Assembly: GCA_900128585.1 (NCBI GenBank)
Contig: LT642220.1
Span: forward strand, 1-32,011
Direction of reading: 5' to 3'
Source: Stramenopiles sp. TOSAG23-3
Lineage: Eukaryota
Length of the DNA stretch: 32,011 bases
The first letter of the stretch is position 1, and each line of letters starts with the position of its first letter. The notes beneath the pieces are model-generated. The model was not told the origin of the DNA. It saw only the letters and a program-made list of their open reading frames with translations, and ran no database searches. This document shows positions 19,709-29,269 of the stretch, piece by piece. A program made the translations under genes and the position numbers.

Positions 19709-21475
19709 ATGTTTCCAACCAGCGACGCAGGGCTAACCGCAGGCGGGACGGTTGACGTCTTGAAGTTCGCGAATGAACGAAAAAATGAACTCTTCCAGAT
19801 GCAACAGCTTATCGCGAAGAGGCATGCGAAGAGGCAAAGGGTTGGGGAAAACACGGGCGGCGCAGTAGAGAGTGTTTTTAAGCCTTTGTGGGAAGCGAAC
19901 CCTTTGCCACGGCATTTGCGCCGTCGAACGACAAGTCACAAACGGCGATGTTCGAACCGAGCTTCGGGCCGTTTTCGAAGCGTTCCAGAAAAGAAAAGGG
20001 CCAGCGCAGACTCGCCAGCGCCTCGACGGTCGCGCCGTCGAGCACACAATTTCAATGCAAGGCTGGAATCTGGGATGCCGAGGCGGCTAGAAACGCACAT
20101 ATGGCATGCGAAACGGTTCAAAATGAAAAGCGCGTGGTCAGGGAAATTTATCCTGCCAGAATCCAGAAACGATATTGGCCCGAGGGCGGTGAACGACGCT
20201 GCAAACCACCGTTGCGCGGTGCACGACACGTCGTACTTTAACATTTTTGAGATAGAAGGGGGGGTTGGAATGGGTGCCTCGGACGATCCAGGCCTTGTTC
20301 GAAACGTATTCAACAGATTGCTTTCCCCGGACCAGCGGCTCGAGAACAATGCCTTGGTGCCGGCAGGCTTTCGGCCGATCGACCTGTACGCCGCGTCCGA
20401 GGAGTTTCCTGAAGGGTTCGTCGGCCCCGCGGAAGCGTGTTTTTTCTCCGAGAACAAGCTGTGGGTCCTGTCGCATCCCGAGCTAGAGGACCAAACCAGG
20501 CAAGCCCTGGGGTATGTGTTTGGACAAGGTTTTCGTATAAAAGTTCGAGACGATCTTGCAACCTTTCGTTTTGTTGGCCCGCTCAGCCAGAGTCTGGCGC
20601 AGAAGGCTTTGGGGACTCCCGACACATTGCGTCAGAGGTCCATCTCGACGCTTGCTGTTGCTGGCGAGGACGGCTCTCACGTTCCAGTGACGTGCGTCCG
20701 GAGGGAAAATTTTCCTGGCCGGGGAAAAGGGGGAGGGGGGATCACGTTGATGCTGCCGAAATCGTATGCGCGGCCGTTTTGGGTAAAGTTTATTCACGCT
20801 GGTTGTGTGGCGATCGGAACGAGCGATTACGCTTCGTTCTCGGGCGAGCACAACGCCCCGAGCTTCCCGGAGGATTACCCCGATACCGCAGCAGGCGGGG
20901 AGCACATCGAGCGCCGTTCCAAGGCGTTAACGGACGCGGAATCGCGCAAGGCGTCCAGGCACAGGCTTAATTTCATGCGGCTCCGGCACCCGTCACCGTT
21001 TGTACCGACATGGGAAGCGTACTGTCCTGGGGACAGCAGCCAAATGGCCGGCGTGCCCCCGACCGTGTTGCGAAGGGTTTCCTGGGAAGTCCAGGGCGCG
21101 TTGCAGCGCAAAGATGGAACCGGCCTGCTGGTCCAGGTCTTCGTTCGTGCTTGCCGAAAGGGTGTTCCCCGGTACGGGGCAGTCCTTGCCCTTCCAGAAT
21201 TGGAAAAGGGAAAGTGTGCCCCCCCTCGCCCATCGGACGTGAAGGGGGTGGAAGAGCAACGAGGGCGCGCAAATGACCAGGACCCGACGTTTGCGAGCAT
21301 TGGTTTCGTCACGTCCGGGTGCCGGTCGCAAGCGATAGGGAAGTCGTTCGGAATTGGAATCTGTTCGTACCAAATTTTGGCAGAGTACTGGAAGGCTGGC
21401 GGAAAGTACATATACTTTCGAAACAACAATTCAACTTGGTACAGACCAGCATATTTTTCGACACAGCCACGATAA
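19709..21475 (+). CDS. POP1: Ribonuclease P/MRP protein subunit POP1
   Basis: POP1 signatures LPRHLRRRTTSH, RLETHIWHAKRFKM, HDTSYF. POPLD motif FPEDYPDT. C-terminal IGFVTSG..S..G.G and FRNNNSTWYRPA. Confidence 0.93.
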   Translation: MFPTSDAGLTAGGTVDVLKFANERKNELFQMQQLIAKRHAKRQRVGENTGGAVESVFKPLWEANPLPRHLRRRTTSHKRRCSNRASGRFRSVPEKKRASADSPAPRRSRRRAHNFNARLESGMPRRLETHIWHAKRFKMKSAWSGKFILPESRNDIGPRAVNDAANHRCAVHDTSYFNIFEIEGGVGMGASDDPGLVRNVFNRLLSPDQRLENNALVPAGFRPIDLYAASEEFPEGFVGPAEACFFSENKLWVLSHPELEDQTRQALGYVFGQGFRIKVRDDLATFRFVGPLSQSLAQKALGTPDTLRQRSISTLAVAGEDGSHVPVTCVRRENFPGRGKGGGGITLMLPKSYARPFWVKFIHAGCVAIGTSDYASFSGEHNAPSFPEDYPDTAAGGEHIERRSKALTDAESRKASRHRLNFMRLRHPSPFVPTWEAYCPGDSSQMAGVPPTVLRRVSWEVQGALQRKDGTGLLVQVFVRACRKGVPRYGAVLALPELEKGKCAPPRPSDVKGVEEQRGRANDQDPTFASIGFVTSGCRSQAIGKSFGIGICSYQILAEYWKAGGKYIYFRNNNSTWYRPAYFSTQPR

Positions 21476-21883
21476 AGTATTCTTTATAAATTAGAAACCA
21501 AAAGGCCTATTAACCAGACCGGACCGAAAAAAAAATAAAAAATCGGCCCGAATCATCAATATTATTCCTTATGCTGTGTTTATATATATACCGAAAACCG
21601 GACCGACAAAAAAAATTCGGTCCTCCGGTTTTTTATTTAAATATTATTATTACTATATAGGCCAGGCCTATGCCGGGGTTAAAAAAAAGACGATGATCTT
21701 CTTCTTCTTCTTTTCTTTTCTTCCAAAAAATTTAGAATAATTGAAGAAAAGAAGAGAGTATGTTGTCATCATATATTATTATTTATACGATCTTCGTTAT
21801 GAAATAACCTATTATAACAATGTTAATTGTAAAATACATTTAAACGATAGCCTCATAGTTTTATTATATATAATAGGAGGACT

Positions 21884-21908
21884 AGAGAGAGAGAGAGAGA
21901 GAGAGAGA
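21884..21908. repeat. (AG)n dinucleotide microsatellite
   Basis: Direct reading. Confidence 0.9.
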
Positions 21909-22278
21909 TGAAATAAGTAAATTTTTATAATGTAGTTGGTTTATTTCGTCTTTATTTATACACTTTGGATAATTATATTTAATAAATATATAATAATATA
22001 TCGAATTGTTTAATGTGTTTATATGTATGTAATGTAATGACTGTGCGATTGATACTTTTCAGAATGGGAATGGAAACTAAAACATTTTCATACGACTACT
22101 CTCACGGTAACTTTCGTTTATGAGAAATCTAGTCGAGGAAAAGGATTGTTTCTCTCGCGACGTTTTGTTCTTTCGATTCATCAGGCCATTCAGACATTGC
22201 CTTGAGTCGGGTCCATTTCTAGCTTGTGCAAAAGGAACGGACGGGGAAGCAGCCCGGACTTTCGATCTATATTCAGCC

Positions 22279-23307
22279 ATGGGGAAAGCGAACCCTGGCG
22301 ACTGTTGCAAAGAGTACTTTCCGATGGGGTTCCTGGTGGGGTCCATCTTGCTTTGGTATTCCTCGTTTATGGCATCGTTCTTTCCTGGGTACATGAAGAT
22401 TCGAAATGCCCCGCAGATTGGTAACCCGAACACGGCCGTTCCGTTCGTTAGCACGCTGTTCTCCTTGTTTGGAATCAGCTTCATGCTCGCCCACTTCGTC
22501 TGCCCCGGCCGCGTCCCTTCAAAGTTCCCTTGGGATCCAACGAAAGAAAGGGTGGTGAGCAAGAACCAACCCGCCCAAATGGCCCGTCAGATCGAACGGA
22601 AAATGGACGGCTCCCCGCGGTATTGCCGCATTTGTGGCAAGTACAAGCCCGACCGTGCCCACCACTGCCGGCAGTGCGGCGTGTGCACCCTGGAGATGGA
22701 CCACCATTGCCCGTACATACGAAATTGTGTCGGTTTTTTGAACCACAAATACTTCTTCCTGTGCCTTTTCTACGGGGCCTGCACGCTGGTAGCGTACATC
22801 GTCATCATGCGGGCAAAGTTCGTCCACGCCATACAGCGCCCACTCGTTGTGCTGGACGTTCTTATTATTTTTGTTTGGTTCTTTGGAATTGCTATGAGCT
22901 GCGTGATCGTCCCGTTCTTTGGTTTCCACTGCTACTTGACGTATAAAGCCTACACAACGCTGGAATTCTGCGAAAAGTTGCGGGCCAAAGACGACAAACG
23001 ATACAAAAACGGGCAGAAAGTGAAGGACGTGTACAAGCAGTCCCTGTTTGAGAAAGGGTTGTATGGCAACATATGCCACGTGCTCGGCCCAAACCCGTTG
23101 TTTTGGCTTCTGCCGGTGCGATGGGGAATGCCGTTGGACGGGACGAGGATACCCGTGGAACGCAAGAGTCTGCTGCGGTACTACAAGGCCATGGGGCTGA
23201 ACGCCAACGGGAAGGAAAAGCGAGAAGAGAAGAGCGCAGCTGCAAGCGAAGAAACAGAGGACGAAAATTCAAAACTAATCAAGAGGCGAAACCCAGAGAC
23301 AGTGTAA
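22279..23307 (+). CDS. DHHC-type protein S-palmitoyltransferase
   Basis: [52 protein letters not shown] motif, four hydrophobic segments. Start is probably ATG 22279; the upstream in-frame ATG at 22120 is possible. Confidence 0.95.
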   Translation: MGKANPGDCCKEYFPMGFLVGSILLWYSSFMASFFPGYMKIRNAPQIGNPNTAVPFVSTLFSLFGISFMLAHFVCPGRVPSKFPWDPTKERVVSKNQPAQMARQIERKMDGSPRYCRICGKYKPDRAHHCRQCGVCTLEMDHHCPYIRNCVGFLNHKYFFLCLFYGACTLVAYIVIMRAKFVHAIQRPLVVLDVLIIFVWFFGIAMSCVIVPFFGFHCYLTYKAYTTLEFCEKLRAKDDKRYKNGQKVKDVYKQSLFEKGLYGNICHVLGPNPLFWLLPVRWGMPLDGTRIPVERKSLLRYYKAMGLNANGKEKREEKSAAASEETEDENSKLIKRRNPETV

Positions 23308-23637
23308 GCAGTTTGCAGGCACAGCTAATGCAATGAAAATGATTAAAAAACATTTAATAACTTCTTAAATCTAAAGCAAGAAAATTGGCTGTTATTTAAG
23401 TAATATATTTTAAAATTAGTGTTCACTGCGAACTGAACTCTAGATTTAGACATTCAAGGTTTACATTCCTTCATGTACTGCGAACTTATCTTCTTACATC
23501 TTGCTTTCTTATTTTGGATCTCGGTAATAATTACTTAATTGGCAAACACGCACAACAAAATAATTTGTTTTTAAAAAAAAACCCAGGGTGCTTTCTTATC
23601 ACACCTAATCTCTCTCGTCGCGCAAGAGGGTATTTTT

Positions 23638-25532
23638 TCAGAGTTTTGGAACCCCCCATGCACATTGGTTCTCAATGCCAAGGTTGTTTGTTCCCTTCTG
23701 TAGGCGAAACCAACCATCCTCACCCCAGTATCTTCCCCAGGAGTTCCGGACGATCCAGTACGGTCCCTCTTTCGGATCCGTTCCAAACCCACTGACGGCC
23801 ACGGCATGCATTGGCGAAGTGCACCCAGTCTTGTCGACAAACACGCCCCCTTGGTAGTTCTCAAACTCAGGGGTGACGCACATCGCGCAAGCGACTGGGC
23901 CTCTGGCGGCAATCTCAGCTGCCATTTGACTTGCATTTTTCGAAATGACCCCGAACTCCGATACAAAATATTTTGTAAAGTTGTTCTTGTTCGCAGGCGC
24001 ACCCATTGGAAAGCACCCTTTGCTTGGAGAGCAGTTGATGCACGTTCCTTCCGCGTCGCACTTTAGGTTCTTGGCTTGGTAGTTTTGGCACTGTTTGTAA
24101 TTTCGAGGGGTTGAAGTGTTAGGAATGGTTAGTATTACGAAGTAAAGAGAAAAACGAGAAGCTCCGAACTTACCGTTTCGTCCACTCCTCCTTGCTTGTG
24201 GTAGTATGGGTACACGGCAGTGTGGTCACCCCCGTCGCAGCCCTTCGACCCACCCGCAGTGACACAGTTGATCAAATTTTGCGGGGACAGGAATACCTCG
24301 GGAAAGGCGGCTTTTCTGGCCATCTTAAACCTGTCGCCGAGGGCGCTCGAAGTTGCGTGGGCCCAGCAGCTTCCGCAGTACTGAGGGATGTGCTGGTTTC
24401 GATTTGGAGTGGAGTAATCGATACCGTCGACGGCTCGAATGTCAAAGGATGCAGGGGCATCGCTGGCATTGGGAAGGGGTGACATCACGACAGAAGGTGC
24501 GCTGGCATGAATCGGCAGCAATGGTTGGTCGTAGTTGTGAAAGGTCCCTTTGGCAACGCGCTTGCTTGGTACCTTTTCTTCCTCTTCGTCCTCTGCAAAT
24601 TTTGGGCTTGGGGTGGCCCAACTGCAGCTTCCAAAGATCGGGTTGTCGATTCCGAGGTTGTTGTTGCCCATTTCAATTTTCGCAAAACCGTCTTCGCCCC
24701 AGTACGTCCCCCATGAGTTTCGAAGCACCCAATACGAAAGGTTGACCTTTTCATCGTGCCCGTACCCAACGATCGAGAGGATGTGGTTGGGAACAGGAAG
24801 AAGCGTTTTTTGCGTAAAGATTCCACCAGGGTACGTCTCCACGGCCGTTGTTGTGCCGAACGCTTCCAACTCTGGCGTGGCGTGTATTCCGCAGGCCAGC
24901 GGCCCATTGGCTACAATTTCTGCCTTGAGCTTGTCAATGCTTACGGCCACGTTTCCGACAGCATCCACATCTGCGCCCCCATGGACATAACCGTACTGCT
25001 CCAGCCCCCAAAGCTTTGGCTTGGTAATTTGGGTGCAGTTTTTTCCGGGGGCGCACGTTTCGCAAACCCCGAGAGGAGAGCACTCGTTCCCATTGTTAGT
25101 AGCCTCGTAGTTTTGGCACGCTTCGTCCGGTAAACCGTGCTCTTCCATGTACTGGAACACGCCGCCGACGTCTCCCCCATCGCACGAGCCGCCTCCGCCG
25201 CAGTTGATGAGGACTTGAGGCGCAAGAATAGTTTCGGGGGCTTTAGCTTTTCGTTGAATTTTCAAACGATCGTTCAGGGACGACAAGGTGCCAAAGGCCC
25301 AGCAACTCCCGCAATATTGTGGGATATGTTGGTTCCTCGATTCGGTAAGGTAGTTTGTACCGTTGACGTTTCCCCAGTGAAAATCGGTCGGGAGTGCGCT
25401 CAAATCCATAAGTTCGTGGGCGCGTTTCGAAATCACCTTTTCCTTTCTCAGTTTTGGGCTGCCGCACGCTTTGAAAGCGGACGTTCCCGCGATAAGGCAC
25501 AACGCAAGCAGTACAGTAAGTTTGGACGACAT
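23638..25532 (-). CDS. CTSZ: Tandem two-domain cathepsin Z/X (papain family C1A) protease; exons 25532-24174 and 24090-23638, 603 aa
   Basis: Signal peptide MSSKLTVLLALCLIAGTSA. Two RNQHIPQYCGSCWA motifs (HIP mini-loop diagnostic of cathepsin X). His/Asn motifs NHILSIVGYG..LRNSWG and MHAVAVSGFG..VRNSWG. Splice joins VDET|CQNYQAKN. Confidence 0.93.
24091..24173 (-). other. Spliceosomal intron (83 nt) in the cathepsin Z gene
   Basis: GTAAGT donor at 24173, TACTAAC at 24134-24128, CAG acceptor ending at 24091. Phase 0; restores the conserved DETCQNY. Confidence 0.92.
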
Positions 25533-25852
25533 TCCTTCTGCAAATGATTTGGCTTTGGGCACACAAACAAATAATAAAGTAAATCGATAACGCTTTCTGA
25601 AAAAAATGGTGCTAGGGCTGACTTTCCGATGTTAACTAAATCATGGTTTTGCTGCACCAGGCTTTGTTTAAACTCATATCTAAAATATCTACTAATTCAA
25701 AGTTCATTCATTCATTCATTCATTCAAAATATAAAATCCATTATTATTATATATAGTGTAGTAGTAGATATATACACTGATGATCCACAACAATAATAAT
25801 AATAATTTTAAAATAAGAAGAACAACTGTGCTGCTACCTTGGTATTAATACT

Positions 25853-26049
25853 AGAAGAGTAGAAGAGAGAGAAAGAAGAAGAGAGAAGAAGAAGAGAGAG
25901 AAAGAAGAAGAGAGAAAAAGAAGAAGAGAGAGAAGAGAGAGAAGAAGAAGAAGAAGAAGAAGAAGAAGAAGAAGAAGAAGAAGAAGAAGAAGAAGAAGAA
26001 GAAGAAGAAGAAGGAAGAAGAAAGAAGAAGAAGAAGAGAAGAAGAGAGA
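25853..26049. repeat. (GAA)n / (GA)-rich microsatellite
   Basis: Direct reading. Confidence 0.95.
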
Positions 26050-26330
26050 CCAACAAACAAATAATAAAAATCCATCTAAAATTATTTTAATAAAGATATT
26101 TTATAGACTATGAATATATGCTGTGTGTATGTAAAAAAAAGGTATATTACTATTATATTTTTTATATAATATTTCTACGCGTATTAATATTAAATATTAA
26201 ATGTTGATTTCATCTTCTTCTCTTTGATCTTTGAATTGATTTCATCTTCTTCTTCTCTAATAATTATAAATGGCTGGCCTTATAATTATATTTAAATTAC
26301 GAGGCCACAGCCTGCCGCGGAGAGCAAACC

Positions 26331-26479
26331 CTTCTTCTCTTCTTTCATTCTTCTTCTTTCTTCTCTTCTTTCTTCTTCTTCTTCTTCTTTCTTCTTCTTT
26401 CTTCTCTTCTTCTTCTTCTTTCTTCTTCTCTCTCTTCTTCTTCTCTCTTCTTCTTCTTTCTTTCTTCTTCTTCTTCTTC
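26331..26479. repeat. Imperfect (TTC)n microsatellite
   Basis: Direct reading. Confidence 0.95.
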
Positions 26480-26631
26480 GTCGCGGCCGAGGAAGAAGAA
26501 GAAAGGAAGAGGCCATCTCGCTTTTCTCCTCCGAGATACCGTTGATATTGTCTAGACATAAAATCTTCGGAACAAAAAAGACAGGAAGAAAAGGTTCGTT
26601 TGCGTCTTTGCTTATTTACATTGAATATAGT

Positions 26632-27822
26632 ATGGCCGATAGACTTTCTGCAATAACTGGTTTGCCGTTAGATCAAGCGAACGCTTTGCTTGATTCACAC
26701 GATGGCGATATCAATGCTGCAGCAGAAGCCCACTTTAATTTAAACAATGGCAGCACCCCTTCGGCCGATGACAGTCCTGAAGAAGTAGTGAGCCAACTGT
26801 TTGAGGGAGCAAAAGCGCGCAGTGACGGGGATAATTTTTCCGGTTCGGGCCGGACGTTGAATTCTGAACCAGGTTTGGACGAAAATACTCGAGAGGTCCA
26901 TTGCGCTTTTTTCAGCGATGCAGTTGTCTTTTTTGAAATAGCCAAAACGGACGATAGGAAACGCAAACCCCGTCGTGCCGGTGTGCATACCGTCAAATCA
27001 ACCGCGGGCCCCTACGAAAACCGGCGAGAGCTCGGCTGGATCACAAGTGACATGAAGGAAAAACATCGAGTGACAGCAGACGACCCGGATTACAAGGCAG
27101 TGGTTGAGAACATGCATGCAGGACGGGTCCCAGATTTTCTTACGGAACAACCTGCAAACGGGGCGCGGACTTCCATGGGGTTTATGCTTCATGACCACCG
27201 TTCTGTTGCCGCCCCGCCAAATGTGAGTGCATCGTCAACATCATCGAAGTGGAGCGGACAGGGTCACTCTCTGCGCGACAACTCTTCTGACGGTTTACCC
27301 CGCGAAAAGAAGGAAGGGCGAGCTGTAGATAAAATGGAAGTATATTCAACCCCGGCCGTAGTTTTGTGCATGGCGGTGGTAGTCCCTCTTGCGCTGAGTT
27401 GGCAGCACGTCAATGTGCACCTGGGGCATGCCTTACTAGGTGGTACGATTGGCTATGCAATGGCGAATTCGTTACCTGGGCTGTCCTTTTTCCGGCGGGC
27501 AGAGTTCCAATTCGTTTTGGACGCCGAGAAACCAACGATCACCGTCAAGGTTCGCTTTGGGCGCCAGCCGTTGTGGGAAGAGAAGTTTAACCCTGATGTA
27601 CATACCCTAGACACTCTGCACCGAGTGTTGTCCAAAAAAGTGCTGGTCGACGAGGACTTTCAGGACGAAACAAACCTACGCAATGGAGATACGTTGGATT
27701 CCTTGTTGAAAATTTCGTATGGATTTCCTAGGAAAACGTTGAAGCCTGATAGTAAGATTAGCCTTCGTGAAGCAAAACTGGACAAAGAAATAATCACCGT
27801 GGAGAAGAAAAAACGAAAGTAA
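26632..27822 (+). CDS. p47/Shp1 (NSFL1C)-like p97/Cdc48 adaptor: UBA-like, SEP-like, SHP boxes, hydrophobic insertion, UBX
   Basis: UBA-like LSAITGLPLDQANALLDSHDGDINAAAEAHF. SHP-box-like FSGSGRTL and WSGQGHSL. SEP-like DDPDYKAVVENMHAGRVPDFL..LHDHR. UBX-like LDAEKPTITVKVR..KFN..GFPRKTL..SLREAKL. Confidence 0.78.
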   Translation: MADRLSAITGLPLDQANALLDSHDGDINAAAEAHFNLNNGSTPSADDSPEEVVSQLFEGAKARSDGDNFSGSGRTLNSEPGLDENTREVHCAFFSDAVVFFEIAKTDDRKRKPRRAGVHTVKSTAGPYENRRELGWITSDMKEKHRVTADDPDYKAVVENMHAGRVPDFLTEQPANGARTSMGFMLHDHRSVAAPPNVSASSTSSKWSGQGHSLRDNSSDGLPREKKEGRAVDKMEVYSTPAVVLCMAVVVPLALSWQHVNVHLGHALLGGTIGYAMANSLPGLSFFRRAEFQFVLDAEKPTITVKVRFGRQPLWEEKFNPDVHTLDTLHRVLSKKVLVDEDFQDETNLRNGDTLDSLLKISYGFPRKTLKPDSKISLREAKLDKEIITVEKKKRK

Positions 27823-28084
27823 AGTGTGATGGATTATAAAAAGAGAGGTGTATACGTAGGAGGATGTTTTCTTTTCTCCTCTTCTTCTTCTTCTCTCTTT
27901 CATTTTTTTATTATTTTATTATACCAAGGAGGTAATATAATATAGCCGTCACAGTATAGAAACTGCTGAAAAATAGGAAAAAAAATCGCCGCCGCCGGCT
28001 GCTTTTTTTTTGCGAGATATTTTTTATTATTATAATAAACACAGCAGCACCACAGCATCCATCAAAATCATCATCATCACGCAC

Positions 28085-28135
28085 TCCTCCTTCTCTTCTT
28101 CTTCTNNNNNNNNNNNNNNNNNNNNNNNNNNNNNN
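28085..28135. repeat. (TTC)n tract running into an assembly gap (N 28106-28135)
   Basis: Direct reading. Confidence 0.8.
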
Positions 28136-28271
28136 TCTGTACACTGAGTATGTGTACGAAGTAACAACAACAACAGAAACCGGACGCCATGGTTAGAAAG
28201 TAAAAATTTATTTAGGCAAAAGAAGCACGGACGGGTTAATTGCAACTTGCCATTGAATTGATACAGAAAGA

Positions 28272-29153
28272 ATGTTCGCCTCCGTATTTTCTCGGCCGGG
28301 CGTCGCCAAAGGCGCGGCCCTTGTGTCGTTGGGTTCACTCGGCCTGAGTATGGGCGTTGCCGTGGAGAAATCAGGCAAACAAAACGTCAAAAAATTACGG
28401 GAGGAATTCAGAATAAAGACACTACGACGGGAGTTGCTTTGCTTCAGGGCCGACGAGGTCGAAATGCGAAAACGTTGGGAAAGGGATGAGGTAGAGAATT
28501 TCAGGCGGTTGCCGGCTCGTGCGTGGCCGGCGTACCAACCTTCCAGCGAAGAAGTCCCTGGTATCCAGAGCGATATGGAGGAAAATAATTGCACAGAGTT
28601 CGACGTGGAATCCAAGAAGACAGGAACCATCACTCATAAGTGCGCAAAAATAGCATTTGACTTGGGTGTTGCTCTCGTGTTCAATAATATTGACGTTGAT
28701 AGTGGGCTTCATATATTTTCAAAACTAGGAAATGCAGGATATGCCGACGGCATGGTGGCCATGGGCATTGTGTTGGTAGAAGGGTTTGGCGTGGAACAAA
28801 AGGAGGAAGAGGGCGTCCAGTGGCTCATTCGAGCGTGTGAGGCTGGCAACCCCCAGGGTTTTTACGAGTATGGGACCGCATTATACGGCGGGCTCGACGA
28901 TGTTTTGGAGGAGGACGAGGAGAAAGCGTTTTACTACTTCAAAAAAGCGAGTGAACACAACCACGTTGGCGCGCAGTTTATGGCGGCAGATTGCATGCTC
29001 GAAGGGATTGGGGTAAAAAACGAATCAATGGAAGAATTGGAGAACAACATCAAGGAAGCCATTCCATTGTTGAGCAGTGCCGCAGAACAAGGTCACCGTT
29101 ATGCTCGGCAAAGAATGCGGGAATTGCTCGATGAATCAAAGCAAAAACTTTAG
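28272..29153 (+). CDS. Sel1-like repeat protein, possibly mitochondria-targeted
   Basis: Sel1 repeats: GMVAMGIVLVEGFGVEQKEEEGVQWLIRACEAG, AFYYFKKASEHNHVGAQF, AIPLLSSAAEQGHRYA. The acid-free N-terminus suggests a targeting peptide (inference). Confidence 0.82.
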   Translation: MFASVFSRPGVAKGAALVSLGSLGLSMGVAVEKSGKQNVKKLREEFRIKTLRRELLCFRADEVEMRKRWERDEVENFRRLPARAWPAYQPSSEEVPGIQSDMEENNCTEFDVESKKTGTITHKCAKIAFDLGVALVFNNIDVDSGLHIFSKLGNAGYADGMVAMGIVLVEGFGVEQKEEEGVQWLIRACEAGNPQGFYEYGTALYGGLDDVLEEDEEKAFYYFKKASEHNHVGAQFMAADCMLEGIGVKNESMEELENNIKEAIPLLSSAAEQGHRYARQRMRELLDESKQKL

Positions 29154-29208
29154 TAGCAGTATATATATATATAGAATAATTATTTGCATATTATTTTGAT
29201 AAAAATAT

Positions 29209-29269
29209 GAAGAAGAAGAAGAAGAAGAAAAAAAGAAAAAAAAAAGAAAAAAAAAAAAAAAAGAAAGGA
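29209..29269. repeat. (GAA)n plus poly(A) low-complexity tract
   Basis: Direct reading. Confidence 0.85.

Noticed and set aside
21476-22278. RNase P/MRP RNA gene next to POP1
   Set aside because: No P4 (CR-I/CR-V) consensus was recognised, and the region is mostly AT-rich low complexity.
23638-24173. Split ORFs of cathepsin (and of SSS at 12345-12429) read as pseudogenes, frameshifts or stop-codon recoding
   Set aside because: Canonical GT-AG introns with branch points restore continuous conserved proteins, and TAA, TAG and TGA all act as ordinary stops.
26204-26252. 17-bp direct repeat TTGATTTCATCTTCTTC (26204 and 26236) as a CRISPR-like unit or target-site duplication
   Set aside because: Only two low-complexity copies 15 nt apart in a eukaryotic spacer, consistent with a slippage duplication.
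2-29153. Apparent ubiquitin/proteostasis gene cluster (OTU-like, UBR/SPRY, UBX, Sel1, cathepsin)
   Set aside because: These domain classes are very common in eukaryotic genomes and are interspersed with unrelated housekeeping genes. There is no evidence of functional clustering.
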